Shown: positions 8,325-19,091 of the stretch, one piece after another
Layout of the letters: the number at the start of each line of letters is the position of its first letter
Numbering within the stretch: position 1 is the stretch's first letter
Made by a program: the position numbers and the translations under genes
NCBI RefSeq assembly: GCF_006345805.1
Contig: NW_021824102.1
Location: 1-19,915 of the forward strand
Direction of reading: 5' to 3'
Length of the DNA stretch: 19,915 nucleotides
Source: Octopus sinensis
Taxonomy: Eukaryota
The notes under the pieces: model-generated
Databases searched by the model: none
What the model saw: only the letters and a program-made list of their open reading frames with translations
What the model was told of the DNA's origin: nothing

Positions 8325-10260
8325 ATATTTAATAATAAATAAAAATTCAAGTAAAATGTACTGTTACTCACCAATAATGAATGATATTAAAATGATGATG
8401 AAATTAATGAAGGTGATGACTGCACAGCAAAGAAGATTTAAATCTCTTCAGGTGTTTTAGATGTCGTACCTTCATGCAAGACTGTCTTGGTGGCCTTGAG
8501 GAACATTCTGATGGGAAGTTGCTGTCGTCATTTCTTCATGGTGATGAGGAGAGTTTTATATGTCTGCATGGCAACATTGATGTCATTTTTAAATTGGAGA
8601 GACCAAACTATATAGGGATCCCATGCTTCCACCTTCCCTTGCAATTCCTTTGCTGGCCTTAAAAGGTTGGATAGACGTTTGATTACCAGGCCCACCTCCT
8701 CTTCCTCTGGATCTGGCGCTTCTTCTTCCTCTTAGTTGGAAGATTTCATTAACTCCAACAAACCTTCATCTGTCAGGGTTTCAGAGTGGGCATCAATGAG
8801 ATTGTTGACCTTATCTTGCGTGATGTCATCAAAACCTTCACCACCAAGTACCTTTACCAGTTTCACCACATTGTTGACAACCTCATGCTGAGTATCTTCG
8901 GGTGAGAAGCCCCTGTAGCCCTGAACACACTCTGGCCACACCTTTGAACAGCATGTGATGAAGGTTTCTATTTTCATGTCTTTAAGAGCAGCGTGGATGA
9001 CTGACCGTGAAATTATGCCAGTACTCCTTTAGCTTGAAATTCTTGTCCAAATCCATTGGATGAGAGTTTGAAATGTAAGTGCCTTGAAGGCACGGATCAA
9101 ACCTTGATCCATAGGCTGGATGAGGGAGGGGGTGTTGGCAGGGAGGAACATGACTTGAACTCCCACGTGATTCAAATCCAAAGAATGTTCACCAGCATTA
9201 TCCATAACAAGTAACACCTTGAATTCTATGTAAACATTTTGGATGTAATCCTTGGCTTGAGTGTTCAAGCATTGGTGGAACCAATTCAACGGTAGACTTT
9301 TGGTAATCCAGGCCTTGGGGTTGTGCATCCAGTGGACAGGCTGCAGATATTTATTCTTATTTTTGAAGGCCCTTGGATTTGTGAACTTGTAATTAGCATC
9401 ACTCTGTCCTTCTGTGCCTTAAATGCTGGGGCTCTGGCTTCATCCTTCATGATGTACGTTCTGGAAAGCATCTGCTTCCAAAACAAGCCATTCTTGTCCA
9501 TATTGAAAACCGGTTCTGGCTTGTATCCCTAATCTTCGATGATCTGCCTGAAGGTCTCAAGGTAATTCTCAACAGCTTTTTTGTCAGCTGATGTTGTCTC
9601 TCCATACAGAGAAACACACTTTATTTTAAACCATTCCTGGAAACAGTGAAACCATCCTTTGCTGGTTTGAAAATCTTCAAGCTCTGATGCTGTCAATGAT
9701 CTTGGATGTGGTTCTTTGGTACTTTCTACTCCATCTCTTCTGTTGAACTGTTGGTTATAATTTCTGTGCTTTCTCGTGGACAATGTTATCACTCAAGGGG
9801 ATGTTTTTCTTCTTGCAGTCACTGATCTACAATGCTAAGGCAGATTCCATTCTGATGAAGTGCTTATTTCTCCCTATCATTATCTTTTTGGCACTTTCAC
9901 AGAAAGTTACTGCTATGACAGTCCTGATTGCCACCTCATTCTTCTTTATGTAGCATGTGATCCTAGTTGTAACTTCTCTTGGAGCATCATAACCTTTTTC
10001 TGGCACTTAGGTTCACTGCCAGAAACCTTAGAAGGTGTAGGACATTTGGGCAGCATCTTAGGGCTTTAATAACATGCTTCGAAAAACACAGCACTCAACA
10101 AAATATTGGAGAGAGCTACTGGACGCAGTTTTTAAAAAAAAAAACCTACAAAAAAATTCTCATTGCGTCTAATATGCGCATACCCCAATGGGAGATTGAG
10201 CATAGATTAAAAATAATCATGGTTTTGAAAAATTTAGTTTGTATCATCACTAGATACAGT
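8325..10260 (-). mobile_element. pogo/Tigger DNA transposon body (5' TIR not found)
   Basis: Degraded transposase with flanking AT-rich sequence. The right boundary is uncertain. Confidence 0.85.
8438..10056 (-). pseudogene. Tigger/TIGD-like (CENP-B/pogo) transposase pseudogene, DD30D
   Basis: Starts MLPKCPTPSK; SKGWFHCF (CENP-B-type HTH); NMDKNGLFWK (DETG-like); MHNPKAWITK; VMDNAGEH...LIQPMDQG with 30 residues between those two Asp; KVWPECV; ends QQLPIRMFL. Many frameshifts. Confidence 0.9.
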
Positions 10261-10262
10261 AA

Positions 10263-10408
10263 TCTATACTATAATAATAAGAGAAAGAGTAGGGGACCAG
10301 CAAGTAATCTAATTTCAATGAGGCTATATTGGCTCACAACCTTAAAAATTAGCCTGTTGAAATAAGCATTGTGTATGTGATGATTTAAAAAGCACTGGTA
10401 GTCACTAT
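10263..10408 (+). mobile_element. Possible degraded short Helitron-like element
   Basis: A|TCTATACTATAATAATAAG resembles Helitron 5' starts. GCACTGGTAGTCACTAT could be a decayed hairpin arm plus CTAG. No clear stem remains. Confidence 0.25.
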
Positions 10409-10707
10409 ACTAATTAGCAAGCTATGGCTGAAACAGGAAGAGATACAAGACAGTGTATTTGTATCTAAAAAACAATCAAGAAACGTGATGCACAACTATT
10501 CTAATCAGAGGGACCTTCAGCTGCAAAGGTCTCTCTCTCTCTTTCTCCTCTTCTTTTTCCAACAGGGGCACCATATATCTCCTCTACAGCAAGACACCTG
10601 TTTTTGTCCCTCCACCATACTCTAACCTCTCATCACATGGCACAAAGCCACCTCCCTCAATACCACTCCCCTTCAGTTGAAGAGTATTTACCTTGAAAGT
10701 TATCTAG

Positions 10708-10906
10708 TGACGTTGCCAGTGCTGGTGCCACATAAAAAAGCACTCAGTACACTCTGTAAAGTAGTTGGCATTGGGAAGGGCATCAAGCTGTGGAAACCAT
10801 ACCAAAGAAGGCAGTAGAGCTTGGTGCAGTCCTGTTTGTTGGCTCCTGTCAAACCATCCAACCCATGCCAGCAAAGATAGCTGGCATTAGATGATGATGA
10901 TGATGA
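10708..10906 (+). mobile_element. RTE-type 3' terminal module (copy C), older variant
   Basis: GTTGCCAGTGCTGGTGCCACATAAAAAAGCAC, GTTGGCATTGGGAAGGGCATCAAGC, CCATCCAACCCATGCCAGCA and a (GAT)n tail. Upstream sequence (about 10580-10707) does not match copy B. Confidence 0.8.
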
Positions 10907-10934
10907 TTATATATATATATATATTTATTTATTT

Positions 10935-11583
10935 ATGGGAGCTTTCTTGAGGTGGTAGATAGTTTCAATTACCTAGGTGACCAACTTGGCAGTAGCAGAG
11001 AATGTTATGAAACTATAGTCACTAGAATATGAATAAGATGGGAAATGATCAGAGAGCTGTTGCTTCTGTTAACAACAACAAAAGTCCTCTCTCTCAGAGT
11101 GAAAAGCAGATTGTATGATACTTGTATAACATCAGTGTGCATGTATGACAAAGTGCAAATTCATTGAGAGAAAAGTTAGGCATAAGAGGATTCAGATGTA
11201 CCATGCAAAAGAGAAGACTGCAATTGTTTGGTCATGTGATGCATATTGATGATAACAGCAGAACAAAGAAGTACTGATTACTGAAAATGGATGAAACTTG
11301 TGGAAGGAGGAGACCCAGAATGACAAAGAACTGGGATGAATTAGTGGGGTCTGATCTGAAGATGTTAAGCCTCAAGGAGATGACAATGGTCTGAGATGTC
11401 TAGCAATAGCATGGTGACTTCGACAGTGCTAATAGTGTGCAAAAAACACCCAGCTGTGGAAACAACACCAAAATAGAGATTGGAGCATGATACAGTCCTT
11501 GGACACATCAGATCCTGTCAAACTGTCCAACCTGTGTCAGCATGGATGTTAAGTGGTGATAATCATGATGATGATGATGATAA
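10935..11583 (+). mobile_element. Degraded RTE LINE C-terminus and short 3' UTR (copy D)
   Basis: LEVVDSFNYLGDQ...RI*IRW..RELL, RLQLFGHVMHID and GRRRPR...WDE. Ends in (GAT)n. Confidence 0.85.
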
Positions 11584-12898
11584 TGTAATATCAGTCATTG
11601 ATAAAATGAACTTAAATTAACCCACTGGCCTTGATGGGTTCCCAGCAATCCTCCTGCAAAAAATTGGAAACTAGCCCGAGCAAGATCACTTCAGATGCTC
11701 TTCCATAGCTTTCTTGCAAGTAGTAAACTTCCCAGAGAGTTAAAGGAAGGCACAATATGCCCTATTAATAAAGGAAACAGAGCAAATGCTAAAAGTTATA
11801 GACCCACCTTTCTCCAACCCCACAGAATAGTTCAAAAACTGTGGTTACATGACTTTTTGAAAGACAGAAGCCAAGTGTTGCAGCCAATGGAACCCTCTCC
11901 AAGGAGACATTAATAGCAAATGGAGTACTTCTGGAAACTGTCAAAGGCTGCTGCTGTTTGTTGTGGCTCTCTTGGACGTGCCATCAGTTACACAGACAGT
12001 CACACTTATTGGTTACACAAACAATACAAAAGAAGCATAAGCCGTCAAGAATCCTCTCAATGCTAATTTTCTATAGAAAGATCTAGATGCCTCACATAAA
12101 GAGGCTGCAGAAAACAATGTGCAATTTAACACAAGAAAATTTCAAGACCACTGCTGCCAACCCCCTTGTGCAAATATGACACAACAAAGATACTTTGAAC
12201 AAAAAGGGGCAGCAATCCCAGAGTCAACACAGTGCACAACCTGGGGAGTGATATGAGCAACAATGCCTATTTCATATGCATATCACCAAGATGGTAACAA
12301 TGTGCAGGTGAATTCTTAGAACTTTCAGAACAAAGGACAAGGAAATCATACTGGTCCTATGGCAGAAATTTGTTCTCAGTCAAAGGGACGACTGCTCTCC
12401 ACCACATAATATCAATTTAATAGTGGAACTTAAGATAGTTCAGTAATGCTACACTAAGAAGAATGCATCAATGATACATTTAAGCTATTAGGAAAGCAAG
12501 AAAGAATTATGACTCTAGTCCCCAGAGTAAAGACAAGAGAGATATGCAATGACAAATGGAAAACCCAAGAGGGATTGGCACCAGCACAAGCCCCAGAACA
12601 GGACACCACTGCACAGTCCCAAAACTCTCACACATCCTAACTAGAGTGATGACCAGGTACTGCAATAGCTTCAGACTCAAAGACCCACAGTTATTTTATA
12701 TCTTACATAAAGACCTGAGATATCTACAAGGAGTGGTTGTCATATGTTTTTTCAAAATCACCTTGATTTTCTGCTGTCCAAGATGCCAGATGAACCAATA
12801 TCACAAGAAACTCAAATAAGGGCGGCAATTTCAAATTCCCTTATTTGCCAAGTACCTCAGAAAGTACCTGGCCTTTAGGCAGAGACATATAAAAGCAT
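11582..12898 (+). mobile_element. Degraded CR1-like LINE (copy H)
   Basis: TGLDGFPAILL, LPRELKEGTICPINKG..AKSYRP. Homologous to 13826-15447 but lacks about 250 bp covering the YLDFxKAFD region. Ends GGCAGAGACATATAAAAGCAT. Confidence 0.85.
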
Positions 12899-12900
12899 AC

Positions 12901-12939
<39 letters not shown>

Positions 12940-12988
12940 CATATATATATACATATATATATATACATATATATATATACATATATAT

Positions 12989-13025
<37 letters not shown>
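12899..13025. repeat. Compound (TA)n/(TACA)/(CA)n microsatellite
   Basis: Direct reading. Confidence 0.95.
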
Positions 13026-13396
13026 TAGGATGGCACTCCATCAGTTATGACGACAAGTGTTCCAGTTGATCCGATCAATGGAACAGCCTGCTCGTGAAAT
13101 TAACATGCAAATGGCTGAGCACTCCATAGACCTGTGTACCCTTAATGTAGTTCTCAGGGAGATTCAGCATGATACAGAGTGTGACAAGGCTGGCCCTTTG
13201 AAATACAGGTGCAACAGAAACAGGAAGAAAGAGAGAAAGTTGTGGTGAAAGAGTACAGCAGGGTTCACCACCACCCCCTGCCGGAGCCTCATGCAGCTTT
13301 AGGTGTTTTCGCTCAATAAACACTCACAACGCCCGGTCTGGTAATCGAAACCGCAATCGTACAACCGCGAGTCCGCTGCCTTAACCACTGGGCCAT
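13026..13396 (-). mobile_element. tRNA-derived SINE, nearly full length
   Basis: Minus strand ATGGCCCAGTGGTTAAGGCAGCGGACTCGCGG...GGTTTCGATTACCAGACCGGGCG, with A box TGGCCCAGTGG and a B-box-like GGTTTCGATTACC. Body is unrelated to the SINE at 159-500. 3' hairpin at 13059-13084. Confidence 0.85.
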
Positions 13397-13517
13397 GTCT
13401 TCCTGGGTCTACCTCTTCTCCAGGTTCCCACCACAATTAGAGATCAGCACTTCTTTATGCAGCTGTCCTCATCAAGAGGCATTACATTACCATACCAGCT
13501 CAGTCTGCACTCTTGCA
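13393..13517 (-). mobile_element. RTE LINE C-terminal coding fragment (copy E)
   Basis: Translates QECRLSWYGNVMPLDEDSCIKKC*SLIVVGTWRRGRPRKTW, homologous to 6620-6745. Confidence 0.85.
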
Positions 13518-13522
13518 TATAT

Positions 13523-15446
13523 ATAAAGGAGAGGGCAGAGAAAGAAATTAGGGCTGTCAAAAATATAAAGACAAACCTTAAAGCATTCTACAGATTTGCG
13601 AAAGTGTCTGCTTCAGTACAGTACAAGATAGAGCTACTGTTCAAAGAAAATGGCTCGCCTACTGCAGACCCCCAGAGGATTAATAAAATATTAGACATGC
13701 AATACAAGAGTCTTTTCACAACTCCACTGCGGCACTTGCAAATAGCTATGCCTGATGAGTTCTTCGGCACCACAACTCTATACAAAGAGTTGGCAATTAC
13801 TGATAACACTAAAATAGAGGAAACTGATGTAATATCAGCCATTGATGAGATGAGCTCAAACTCAGCCAAAAGCCCTGATGGATTCCCACCAATTGTCATA
13901 AAGAAATGCAAAGGGTCTCTAACAAGACCACTACAGATCTTCTTCCAAAGCTTCTTCCTTGGCAACTGAGAGACTTCCCAAAAAGTGAATGGAAGGTATA
14001 ATATGAACTATCAATAAGGGAGGTAGCAGAGTGGATGCTAAAAATTATAGACCTATCTCTCTCTCTCTCTAATCTCCCATGTCAGCAAAGTCATGGAACA
14101 CATTGTCAGGAGGAAATTGATCGTGTTCTTCCAAGATATGACTTGCTTCCTGACACACAACATGACTTCTGCTCAGAAAGAAGCGACCTTAAACAGCTTT
14201 TGTAGCATTATGACTAGGTGTTGAAACAGCTAATGAATTGCTCAAACATGATATATCTTGACTTCGCAAAAGTCATTCACAAGGTGAATCATGGAATGAT
14301 ATGTCACGGGCTGCAGAGACTTGGCATAGTCAGAAAACTGGGAGAGTGATTGCACGACTTCTTAAAAGACAGAAGCTTGATGGTCACAGCCAATGGAGCC
14401 CTCTCCAAGGAGACAGTAATAGAGAATGCCTCAGGGAACTGTCTTGGGGCCACTGCTGTTTATGGTGGCGCTTTCAGACATGCCATCAGTTATGCATGTC
14501 CACACTCACTAAATTGCTGATGACACAAAAGTAAGTACAAGCAGTCAAGGAACATACCAAATCTAATCTACAGAAAGACCTGCATGCCATATATAAACGG
14601 ACTGAAGAAAACAACATGCAGTTTAATGGCAGATAAATTCCAAGCCCTTTGCTATCAGCTAGTGGTCACATGTTGCAACAATGATACTTTGGACCAAAAG
14701 GAGTGGCAATCCCAGAATCGAGTACAGTCATGATCTGGGGATTGATATGGACAATATGCAACTGAATGGTCAGATGGATTCTGAGAACCTTCAACGAAGG
14801 ACCAGGAAACTATGTTGGTTCTATAGAGGACATTTGTATCCAGCCGTCTGGACTACTGCTTTCAACTGTAGTCACTCTACAGTGTCAAATTAATAGTGCA
14901 ACTTGAGGCAGTTTAGCAGTGGCACACCAGAAAGGTTGCATCAATGAAACAGCTGAGCCACTGGGAGAGACTGAAAGACTTTCGTCTCTACTACCTGGAG
15001 CAAAGGTGGGAGAAGTTTGCAATGATATATGTATGGAAGATCCTTTAGGGGTTGGCACCAAATTTTGGTATCAAGAGCTATATCAGCCCTTGAAGTGGAT
15101 TTCACTTCACTGTTCTAAAGGTCCCAACTAACCCATCTAGAGTGATAACCATATACTGCAATAGCTTGAGATTCAGGGTCACACAGCTATTTAATTCCTT
15201 GCCAAAGCATCACAAATATCCATGGAGTAGGGGTATATGTTTTCAAGAGACAACTTAACCTCCTGCTATCAAAGATCCCAGCTGAACATATATCATAGCA
15301 AAAAACTCAGAAGAGGGTAACAATTTTGAACTCTCTCCTCCACCAAAAGCCAATCGCATAAGATTGGCGATTGAAACGGTTATTACACTAGTGGCACTCG
15401 AGCATGTTCACAGCCTTCGACTGAAACATATCAAAGACTAAAAGAA

Positions 15447-15447
<1 letters not shown>
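13523..15447 (+). mobile_element. 5'-truncated CR1-like LINE (copy I) with 3' end
   Basis: AVKNIKTNLKAFYRFAK, AKSPDGFPPIVIKKC, NYRPISL, YLDFAK..HKVNH, [14 protein letters not shown] and GCTGATGAC (ADD). Ends CGACTGAAACATATCAAAGACTAAAAGAAT. Confidence 0.9.
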
Positions 15448-15482
<35 letters not shown>

Positions 15483-15483
<1 letters not shown>

Positions 15484-16350
15484 CATAATCATTATTTAAC
15501 GTCCGTTTTCCATGCTAGTATGGGTTGGATGGTTTGACTGGGATATGGGAAGCCAGAAGGCTGCACCAGGCCCAGTCTGATCTGGCAGTGTTTCTACAAC
15601 GGGATACTCTTCCTAACACCAACCACTCCATGAGTGTAGTGGGTGCTTTTCACATGCCACCAGCACAGGAGCCAGAGGAGGCTGGCAACGGCAATGATCG
15701 GTTGGCAGGGAAGCCAACCAAGGCAGCACTGGCATCGGCCACATTCAGATGGTGCTTTTTACATGCCACCAGCACAGATATCACAACTACAATTTCCATT
15801 TGATTTTTATTTTGATGTCGATGTACTTGACTCAATAGGTCTCCGCAAGCAGAGCAGGTCACCCCACAATCCAAGATAAGCACAGCAGGCCGTCCTGTGA
15901 TCCAAGGTAATTTGAATGGGCTGGGGTTAGGTTGTGTGAAGCTGGTGTAGGATACAGCCATGAACTCACATTATTTGTTGGGTCTTCACAGTTACAGCAT
16001 ATCTCCAGAGGTCTCGGTCTTTCGTCATTGCCTCTGTGAGGCCCAACGTTTGAAGGTCTTGCTTGACCACTTCATCCCATGTCTTCTTAGGTCTACCTTT
16101 ACCCTGGATTCCTTCAACTGTTTGGCAGTGGCACTTCTTCACACATCTCTCCTCATCCAACCGTATTACATGACCATACCAGCGCAAACGTCTCTCTTGC
16201 ATGCCACATCCGATGATTCTTATGCCCAACATTTCTCTCAGGGCGCTTACATTCTGTCATGTGTGTACACTGACATTACACATCCAGCGGACCATGCTAG
16301 CTTCATTTCTTTCGAGCCTACTCATGTCCTCCGCAGTCACTGCCCATGTT
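15483..16350 (-). mobile_element. 5'-truncated RTE LINE (copy F): C-terminus, 3' UTR and tail
   Basis: MQERRLRWYGHVIRLDEERCVKKC...GRPKKTWDEVVKQDL (ORF track 15966-16232). 3' UTR homologous to copy B; degenerate (CAT)n tail. Confidence 0.95.
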
Positions 16351-16461
16351 ATGTATGTATGTATGTATATATATATATATATATAGATAGATAGATAGAT
16401 AGATATAGATATATGTGTGTGTGTGTGTGTGGATATATGTATATATATGTATGTGTGTATG

Positions 16462-16496
<35 letters not shown>

Positions 16497-16619
16497 GTAT
16501 ACATATGTATATATATATATATACATATGGGTGTGTGTGTGTGTGTACATACATACATATACATACATGTATGTATATACATATAGATAAAAACATATAT
16601 GTGTATATGTGTGTGTGTG

Positions 16620-16667
<48 letters not shown>

Positions 16668-16673
16668 CATGTA

Positions 16674-16755
<82 letters not shown>

Positions 16756-16756
16756 T
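16351..16756. repeat. About 400-bp compound microsatellite (TATG, TA, GATA, TG, CATA)
   Basis: Direct reading; it explains the Ile/Tyr/His/Thr and Cys/Val-repeat ORFs. Confidence 0.95.
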
Positions 16757-18008
16757 GGGAGAGGGCTCCAACATTGATGCCATATACCTTGATTTCAGCA
16801 AGGCATTTGACAGAGTGGACCACAAAATCCTGCTGAAGAAACTGTCCAACATTGGAGTCTGTGGAAAGCTGCTGCAGTGGATAAAGTGTTTCCTAATAAA
16901 CAGAACCCAACATGTCGTGTTTGAGGGAATATGATCCAGCTCAGCCAAAATCATTAGTGGTGTCCCACAAGGTACTGTGTTGGGCCCACTCCTCTTCATT
17001 ATTTACATCAATGACATAGTAGATGTCATCAAACATTCTACATTGAAAATCTTTGCAGATGATTCCAAACTCCAGAAAGCCATAAACAGCATGAGAGACC
17101 AAACATGCTTTCAGTCAGATCCATTTGTTTTTGTCCAATGGCCGGAAAGAAACAATATGCTTTTAAATGAAGATAAGTTTGATTTGATCCACTTTGGGAA
17201 AGAAGTAACTCCGAAATTACCATATGCTCTTCCCTTGGGTGACTCCCTAGTGTCATCCAACAATACCAGAGACCTTGGAGTAATTCTTGATAACAATCTA
17301 AGCTGGAGTTCCCATGTAAACAGCAAGGTTGCTTTGGCCCTCAAGATGTGTTCCTGGATTCTGAGAACATTCCGTTCAAGAGATGCCTACACCATCATCC
17401 TTCTCTACTCTACTTTTGCCCGACCCCACCTTGAGTACTGTTGCTCACTATGGTCCCCCCATACAAAACAACTCATTATGATAGTAGAAGCACTCCAGAG
17501 GTCCATAAGAAGAAAGATAGATGGTATGAGAGGCATTGATTATTGGGGTTGACTAAAAAAACTCAATCCCTACTCTCTCCAACGCAGCCGGGTATGCAAC
17601 ATTATTTATATTATGTGGAAAATATTCCATCAATATTCCACAAATGATGTTGGCATCAATTTTAAAATCCATCCAAGACTTGGTTCCTGTGCTATCTGCC
17701 CACTACAAAAATCGAACTGAGAACACATAACATTACGCCACAATTACTTGACCTCAACCAGGCCAGCTCTCTTTAATACCATCAGAAAATACATCAAAAT
17801 GGAAACAGATCCCATAAAATTCAAATGTTCACTGGACAAATTTCTTCAAAAATCCCAGACCAACCTCCTACACCTAGATATGTCTCCAACAATAATAACT
17901 CTTTGCCAGAGTGAGATATGGTGCCCTATATATGTATAAAAGAATTCACCAAGTGGTGCTATTGCGTTAGACATGGCCTGGGCCTATACTGGCCGAAACC
18001 TATAGAAG
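16757..18008 (+). mobile_element. 5'-truncated CR1-like LINE (copy J), a different family from H and I
   Basis: [17 protein letters not shown] (ORF 16677-16934) and [12 protein letters not shown]...KIFADDSK...RPHLEYC (ORF 16977-17552) are in one frame, separated by TGA at 16932, with SGVPQGTV between them. The 3' UTR differs from H and I. Confidence 0.93.
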
Positions 18009-18021
18009 TTATATATATATA

Positions 18022-18310
18022 CTCTCTTTTACTTGTTTCAGTCATTTGACTGCGGCCATGCAGGAGCACTGTCAAGCAAATCAACCTCAGGACTTATTCT
18101 TCGTAAGCCAAGTACTTATTCTATCAGTCTCTTTTGCTGAACTGCTAAGTTACGGGGACGTAAACAAACCACCATCAGTTGTCAAGCAATGTTGGGGGGA
18201 CAAACACAGATGCAGACACATATACACACCCATAAATATATACGACAGGTTTTTTTCAGTTTCTGTCTACCAAATCCATTCACAAGGCTTTGATCGGCCC
18301 AAGGGTATAG
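18022..18310 (-). mobile_element. SINE body and tail, head missing, with internal CA/TA tract
   Basis: CTCTTTTACTTGTTTCAGTCATTTGACTGCGGCCATG...TACGACAGG...CAAATCCATTCACAAGGCTTTG matches, from memory, an abundant octopus SINE. No promoter boxes remain in this copy. Confidence 0.7.
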
Positions 18311-18357
18311 TATATATATACATACATATTTATACACACACACACATATATATATAC

Positions 18358-19091
18358 AGTTAGCATTCCTTTGATATTACTGAACCTCTTATGTGTCCAT
18401 AGCTTACACTGGGTACATCTTATAGAGTTTCTACCTACACCTCTGCTACAGATCGAGCAGGGCCATCTACCTGAAGAGATTTGTGGTTTGCCTGCCATCC
18501 TACATATTAGGTACTGTCAACTCGGATAGCTGGTCCCTCTGCTGGGTTGACATTCGGCAGACTCTCTTTCTCCCATTCATTTTCTTTATTCAGCAACCTC
18601 TCATAGTGGCGTCTTCAAACCTCTCTCTTTGCAGCCCCATTTCGTGCAAGAGAACTATCATCCATGCGGACACATTTCTCTCCTACAATATCTCGATTCT
18701 CTCTCACACACTGTCTTGAAACATGAAATACCTCAAGTCTTTCATCCTCAAGGCGCAGAACATTGGCAATTTTTTTCTTATGTGCTTACCCTCTGGCTAA
18801 GTAAACCTGTCTCCTAGCTACTCTTCTGGCAGTCTGATACAATTCCCTGCATCCACCGTTCTTCCATCCTTCCAAGCCTGTCTCTTTTCTCTAATAGTCC
18901 TGTCTACAAAACTGTTCCACAACCACATTATTTTGGGTCGCAGGGGACTTTGCACCATCCACAGATTTGGTCAGTGGCTCTCAGCAGGTTGTGCTGTAGA
19001 AACCTCCAGTTGTCTTCTACGCTATGTGAAGCTATATCCTCTTCTATTATGTCAAAGGCTTCGAGTAATATGTCTCTAAATCTTTATCCAT
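18358..19091 (-). mobile_element. RTE LINE fragment (copy G): linker fused to the PHD-like finger, RT deleted
   Basis: 18358-18511 aligns to 7195-7347 and 18509-18745 aligns to 8104-8324. It extends further 5' (NWRFLQHNLLRATDQICGW...AWKDWKNGG). Confidence 0.92.

Noticed and set aside
8438-10056. Host TIGD/CENP-B gene
   Set aside because: Broken into many frames with stops and an N-terminal deletion; consistent with a dead transposon copy.
10531-10565. Strong polypyrimidine tract plus CAG resembling a splice acceptor
   Set aside because: It derives from a (CT)n-like tract, and I see no convincing downstream exon or donor. Spliced RNA-seq reads would be needed.
13750-13790. Hammerhead ribozyme core at CTGATGAG (also CTGATGAC at about 14518)
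   Set aside because: No stem II plus GAAA follows; both lie in CR1 coding sequence.
11582-15447. Recent tandem duplication of the CR1 (copies H and I)
   Set aside because: The copies differ by many substitutions and private indels, and their flanks are not duplicated; independent old insertions fit better.
16257-16999. Long ORFs rich in Ile/Tyr/His/Thr or Cys/Val (also 56-259, 12841-13078, 19246-19831)
   Set aside because: Translations of TA/CA microsatellites, which lack stop codons.
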